From NCBI GenBank assembly GCA_036149055.1, contig JAYZQJ010000031.1, positions 15,661 to 79,660 of the forward strand: 64,000 bases of DNA, written 5' to 3'. Shown in pieces: positions 60,297 to 64,000 of the stretch. The DNA comes from Myxococcota bacterium (lineage in GTDB: Bacteria > Myxococcota_A > Polyangia > Polyangiales > Sandaracinaceae). Position 1 is the first letter of the stretch, and the number at the start of each line of letters is the position of its first letter. Position numbers and translations under genes: made by a program. A model generated the notes under the pieces. It was not told the DNA's origin. It saw only the letters and a list, made by a program, of their open reading frames with translations, and searched no databases.

Positions 60297-61406
60297 ATGT
60301 CTTCCACCCTTCGCATCCTGACGTGCGCGCTCCTGCTCGTCGCCTGCGGCGACGCCCCCTCCGACCCCGACGACGCCGGCCGCGACGGCGGCACGACCGA
60401 CCCGATGGACGCCGACACCCCGCCCGAGGACGGCGGCCCCGGCGACGCGGGCGATCCCGACGGCTGCATCGACGTGACGGTCTCCAACTGGCGCCTCGAC
60501 AACATGGACGACGTGTCCATCCGCTACCGCGCCCGCATCGCGCCCGAGCTGAGCGACCAGCCCTGGGACCTCTACCTGGACTTCCAGCGCTACGACACCG
60601 AGTACGTCGGCACCTTCCCGCTGGGCGAGGGCCAGGACGAGAACTTCGGCAGCTGCGCCCGCTGCGTGGTCGCCTTCTACGGCTCGATGCTCGACCGCGG
60701 CTACTTCGCCTCGGAGGGCACGCTGGAGCTGCGCGAGGATCCCTTCACCCAGAAGCTGGACGCGACGCTCACCGACGCGCGGCTGATCGAGGTGACGATC
60801 GAGGCCGACCCGACCGGCGCCCTCGTCTCCACCCCGGTGCCCGGCGGCGCCTGCCTCGACCTGGAGGTCACGACCGTCGACCAGAACTTCCCGAGCCCCG
60901 GCTGGACCTGCGCGAACGAGCAGTTCAACGACGGCGAGACCTGCCACTGCGGCTGCGGCGCCTTCGACCCGGACTGCGGCGATCGGTGCTCGGACTTCCC
61001 GCCCGACCCGAGCTGCGACCCGACCCCGCTCCCCGTCGAGGGCTGCGGCCCGGACGGCGTCTGCACCTTCGAGGGCGAGTGCTCGGCCCGCTGTGATCAC
61101 CCCGGCCGGACCGTCGCCTGCGAGAGCGGCGTCTGCATCTTCTCGGCCGAGGGCGACCGGTGCGGCGTCCCGACGGAAGAGCGCGTCGACACGGCCGCGG
61201 TGGGCGAGACCTGCACGCCCGGCAACTTCATGTGCGGCGTCGACGGCGAGAGCTTCGCGATGGGCGTCTGCGACGACCTCGACGACTGGCGCTGCAAGCC
61301 CGTCTGCTACGCGGACGCCGACTGCACCGTGCCCGGCGAATTCTGCTACACGCTCTTCACCGGCGATCGGGGCTTCTGCCGGCCGCCGCCTCCCTCGGAA
61401 GGTTGA
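60297..61406 (+). CDS. Acidic Cys-rich lipoprotein
   Basis: Lipobox LVA-C; WTC..CHCGCGAFDPDC module. Confidence 0.78.
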   Translation: MSSTLRILTCALLLVACGDAPSDPDDAGRDGGTTDPMDADTPPEDGGPGDAGDPDGCIDVTVSNWRLDNMDDVSIRYRARIAPELSDQPWDLYLDFQRYDTEYVGTFPLGEGQDENFGSCARCVVAFYGSMLDRGYFASEGTLELREDPFTQKLDATLTDARLIEVTIEADPTGALVSTPVPGGACLDLEVTTVDQNFPSPGWTCANEQFNDGETCHCGCGAFDPDCGDRCSDFPPDPSCDPTPLPVEGCGPDGVCTFEGECSARCDHPGRTVACESGVCIFSAEGDRCGVPTEERVDTAAVGETCTPGNFMCGVDGESFAMGVCDDLDDWRCKPVCYADADCTVPGEFCYTLFTGDRGFCRPPPPSEG

Positions 61407-61500
61407 ACGGAATCGCGACCTTGGCCGCGGGGGTGCTATGCTGACCGCGCTCGGCTCGCCGCTGGCGGGCCCGGCGCGCGGACGCTAAACGACGATCGCA

Positions 61501-63045
61501 TTGGTGGCAGCTCCCCACGGACACCCCTCGACCTCGACCGCGTGGGCGCGCGCGAAGCTCACGCGCGGCAGCTCGGGCGGACAGGTGTGGGAGATCGACG
61601 CCAACTACCCCGAGGCGAGGCTCTCCCTCGGCAGCGCCGCCGACGCCGGGTGGCCCATCGAGGCCCCCGGCGTGCACGGCATGCACTGCGAGCTGTTCTG
61701 GGACGGCCAGACGCTCTGGGTGGCGGACAGCCAGCGGGTCGGCGGGGTCTTCCTCGACGGCAGCCGCGTCTACGACTGGACCCAGGTGCACGGCCCGGCG
61801 GAGCTCCGCTTCGGCCAGGCCTCGCTCGACATCGAGACCTCGGCGCCGGTCGCCCAGCAGATGGTCTCGAGCCCCTCGGAGGCGCGGCCGGTGACCGTCA
61901 CCGACATGGTCGCCCCCCCCGAGGACGCGCGCCCGAGCCGGCCGCTGTTCGGCGGCGCGGCCGGGGACGAGTCGGTGCCCGATCTCGACGCCGAGAAGAC
62001 CCGCGTCGCGGTGGGCAAGGCGCCGCTCCCGCCCGACCGCACCCAGATCGCGGCTCCCGGGGCTCCGGCCGCCCCGGCGATGGGCAGCGATCTGCGGCCT
62101 CGCCTCGGCGGGGGCCCCGCGCCGGCCGCCCACGCGCCCGAGGCGACCCGCATGGTGCCCAACCCGAGCGGCGGGCTCGGGGCGGCGCTGCCGACCACGC
62201 CGAACCCGGTGCACTCGCACGGCGGCTACGGTCACCCTCCTCCGATGCAGGGCTCGCCGGCCCCGGTGGTCGCCCCGCCCCCCGCGCCGCCGTCGGCCCC
62301 CGCGCCGCCGATGCCCGCGCCGCCTCCGAGCGCGCCGCCGCCCTCGATGCCCGCGCCTCCGCAGGCGCCGCAGATGCCGCAGATGCCCCAGATGCCGCAG
62401 ATGGCGCAGGGCGCGTCGTCGCCCGGCGGCTTCGTGGCGCCCCCGGCCGCGCCCCCCGCGGCCCCGAAGCCCAGCCTGCTCGAGCGGATCTTCAAGAAGA
62501 AGGACGCGGCCGAGACCCCGGAGGGCGGCGATCCCAAGCAGGCGATGCCGCTCCGGACCTGGATCCTGCTGAGCGTCACGGTGCTGGTGACGGTGGGCTG
62601 GCTGCTCTGGGACGACACCCCGGAGCCGGTGGCGCAGCAGCCCAGCGCGCAGGCGACCCAGGCGCCGGCCGAGACCGAGACGCCGGCCGAGACCGAGGCG
62701 CCGGCCGAGACCGAGACGCCCGAGACGCCTCCGGTGGCCGAGACGACGCCGAGCGCCGAGAACGCGGGCTCCGACACCGCGAGCCCGGGCACCCCAAGCT
62801 CGGACTCGGAGGCGGGGTCCGAGGTGTCCGACGTGGACGAGGACGGCACCACCTTCGCGCGGCGCGCCGCCGACGCGTACATCGCCGGCCGGCGAGGCGA
62901 GGCGCTCGATCTCTATCGGCGCCTGCTCGCCGCGCACCCGCAGGACCGCACCTACCAGGCGATGGTGCGCATCCTCGTCCGCGAGCTTCAGACCGCGTGC
63001 GTCGACGGGGTCGGACCGGGAGGACAGCCATGCGCCACGCCCTGA
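61501..63045 (+). CDS. Degenerate FHA-domain membrane protein with a Pro-rich linker and TPR-like end
   Basis: LGSAADAGW..GVHGMHCEL..GVFLDG, Pro-rich region, TM, ALDLYRRL; start uncertain. Confidence 0.75.
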   Translation: MVAAPHGHPSTSTAWARAKLTRGSSGGQVWEIDANYPEARLSLGSAADAGWPIEAPGVHGMHCELFWDGQTLWVADSQRVGGVFLDGSRVYDWTQVHGPAELRFGQASLDIETSAPVAQQMVSSPSEARPVTVTDMVAPPEDARPSRPLFGGAAGDESVPDLDAEKTRVAVGKAPLPPDRTQIAAPGAPAAPAMGSDLRPRLGGGPAPAAHAPEATRMVPNPSGGLGAALPTTPNPVHSHGGYGHPPPMQGSPAPVVAPPPAPPSAPAPPMPAPPPSAPPPSMPAPPQAPQMPQMPQMPQMAQGASSPGGFVAPPAAPPAAPKPSLLERIFKKKDAAETPEGGDPKQAMPLRTWILLSVTVLVTVGWLLWDDTPEPVAQQPSAQATQAPAETETPAETEAPAETETPETPPVAETTPSAENAGSDTASPGTPSSDSEAGSEVSDVDEDGTTFARRAADAYIAGRRGEALDLYRRLLAAHPQDRTYQAMVRILVRELQTACVDGVGPGGQPCATP

Positions 63046-63719
63046 TCATCGCCGCCTGCGCCGCCGCGCTGGTCGCCTGCGAGGAGGAGGAGGCGCCGCC
63101 GCCGCGCTACTCCTTCACCTTCAGCGCGACCACCGACGGCCAGCCCCTCGAGGGCGTGACCATCAGCGTCAACGACGACCCCAAGGGCGACACCAACGGC
63201 GAGGGCATCTTCCGGCAGGACCTCACCGGGCCCGAGGGCGCGCCGATCTCGGTCAACGCGAGCTGCCCCGAGGGCTACCACCTGGTCGGCGGCGCGCAGT
63301 CGCACACCCTCCGCCGGGTGGCCAGCCTGGACCCGGCGGTGACCAACCGCGGCATCCAGGTCTCCTTCGAGTGCGCCCCCGACTACCGCGAGGCGGTCGT
63401 GGTCGTGCGCACCCACGACCAGACCGACCTGCCGGTCTTCCTCGACGGCAGCGAGGTGACCCGCACCGACGAGAGCGGCGCCGCTCACCTCTACGTGCGC
63501 ATGCAGCCCAACACCTCCTTCGAGGTGCGCATCGCGACCGCGTCCAACGAGCGCCTCCGCCCGCAGGAGCCCAGCCGGAGCTTCACCATCCCGAACCGCG
63601 ACGCGGTCTTCGTCTTCGACCAGGAGTTCGAGGAGGAGCGCCCGCCGCGCCGGGTCCGTCGCGTCCGCCGCGCCGCGCCCGCCGCGCCCCGCCTGCCGAT
63701 CCGCATCGGCGGGCGTTGA
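63030..63719 (+). CDS. Hypothetical lipoprotein
   Basis: GGAGG ribosome-binding site, lipobox LVA-C, beta-rich with GDTNGEG/RTDESG motifs. Confidence 0.75.
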   Translation: MRHALIIAACAAALVACEEEEAPPPRYSFTFSATTDGQPLEGVTISVNDDPKGDTNGEGIFRQDLTGPEGAPISVNASCPEGYHLVGGAQSHTLRRVASLDPAVTNRGIQVSFECAPDYREAVVVVRTHDQTDLPVFLDGSEVTRTDESGAAHLYVRMQPNTSFEVRIATASNERLRPQEPSRSFTIPNRDAVFVFDQEFEEERPPRRVRRVRRAAPAAPRLPIRIGGR

Positions 63720-63729
63720 GCTGTTTTTT

Positions 63730-63868
63730 CTGGAGGGTTTGGTGCAAACCCTCCCCCCATTGGGCAAAGCGCCAATGGGGCCCCCCTCCCGCTGCTTCTT
63801 GCTGGAGGGTTTGGGGCAAACCCTCCCCCCATTGGGCAAAGCGCCAATGGGGCCCCCCTCCCGACTCC
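63730..63868. repeat. Two tandem double-hairpin REP-like elements (72-bp period)
   Basis: ggagggtttg-nnn-caaaccctcc followed by ccccattgg-gcaaagcg-ccaatgggg, repeated twice. Confidence 0.85.
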
Positions 63869-64000
63869 GCCGACGCCTCGCGCTGCGCGCTCGCGCCGCG
63901 ACCCCAGCGACGGGGCGCTGGGGGCCCTGCGGCTCGCGCTCGCGCTGCGCGCGAGCTGGCCGCCCGTCCTTGCTGGGCAGGGGCGGGTCCGCCTCCGGGG

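Overview
Very GC-rich bacterial DNA, inferred to be myxobacterial (Myxococcota, Polyangiales/Sandaracinaceae-like) from its many Ser/Thr kinases, FHA, TPR and PEGA proteins and Cys-rich lipoproteins. About 3.3-29.4 kb is a type VI secretion system in two divergent arms: tssJ-K-L-M-[3 inserted genes]-tagF-tssA-tssB-tssC on the minus strand, and hcp-tssE-F-G-clpV-tagH-lipoprotein-extra sheath gene on the plus strand. Three things about it are unusual: TssA has two tandem ImpA_N domains, the last gene is a divergent single-chain TssB-TssC fusion, and no vgrG or PAAR gene is recognisable. The rest of the window is mostly signalling. It holds a candidate light-sensing operon (IsdG-like monooxygenase, phycobiliprotein-like globin fused to a CarH-type B12 domain, histidine kinase), a degenerate ECF-sigma/Ser-Thr kinase fusion, hybrid kinases, a GAFTGA-less FHA-bEBP module, peptidoglycan-related enzymes and lipoproteins. 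At least three families of intergenic repeats are present, including a MITE-like element with one copy inserted in frame into a GNAT gene. No rRNA, tRNA, CRISPR array or transposase was seen. All calls come from manual motif reading; no database searches were run.
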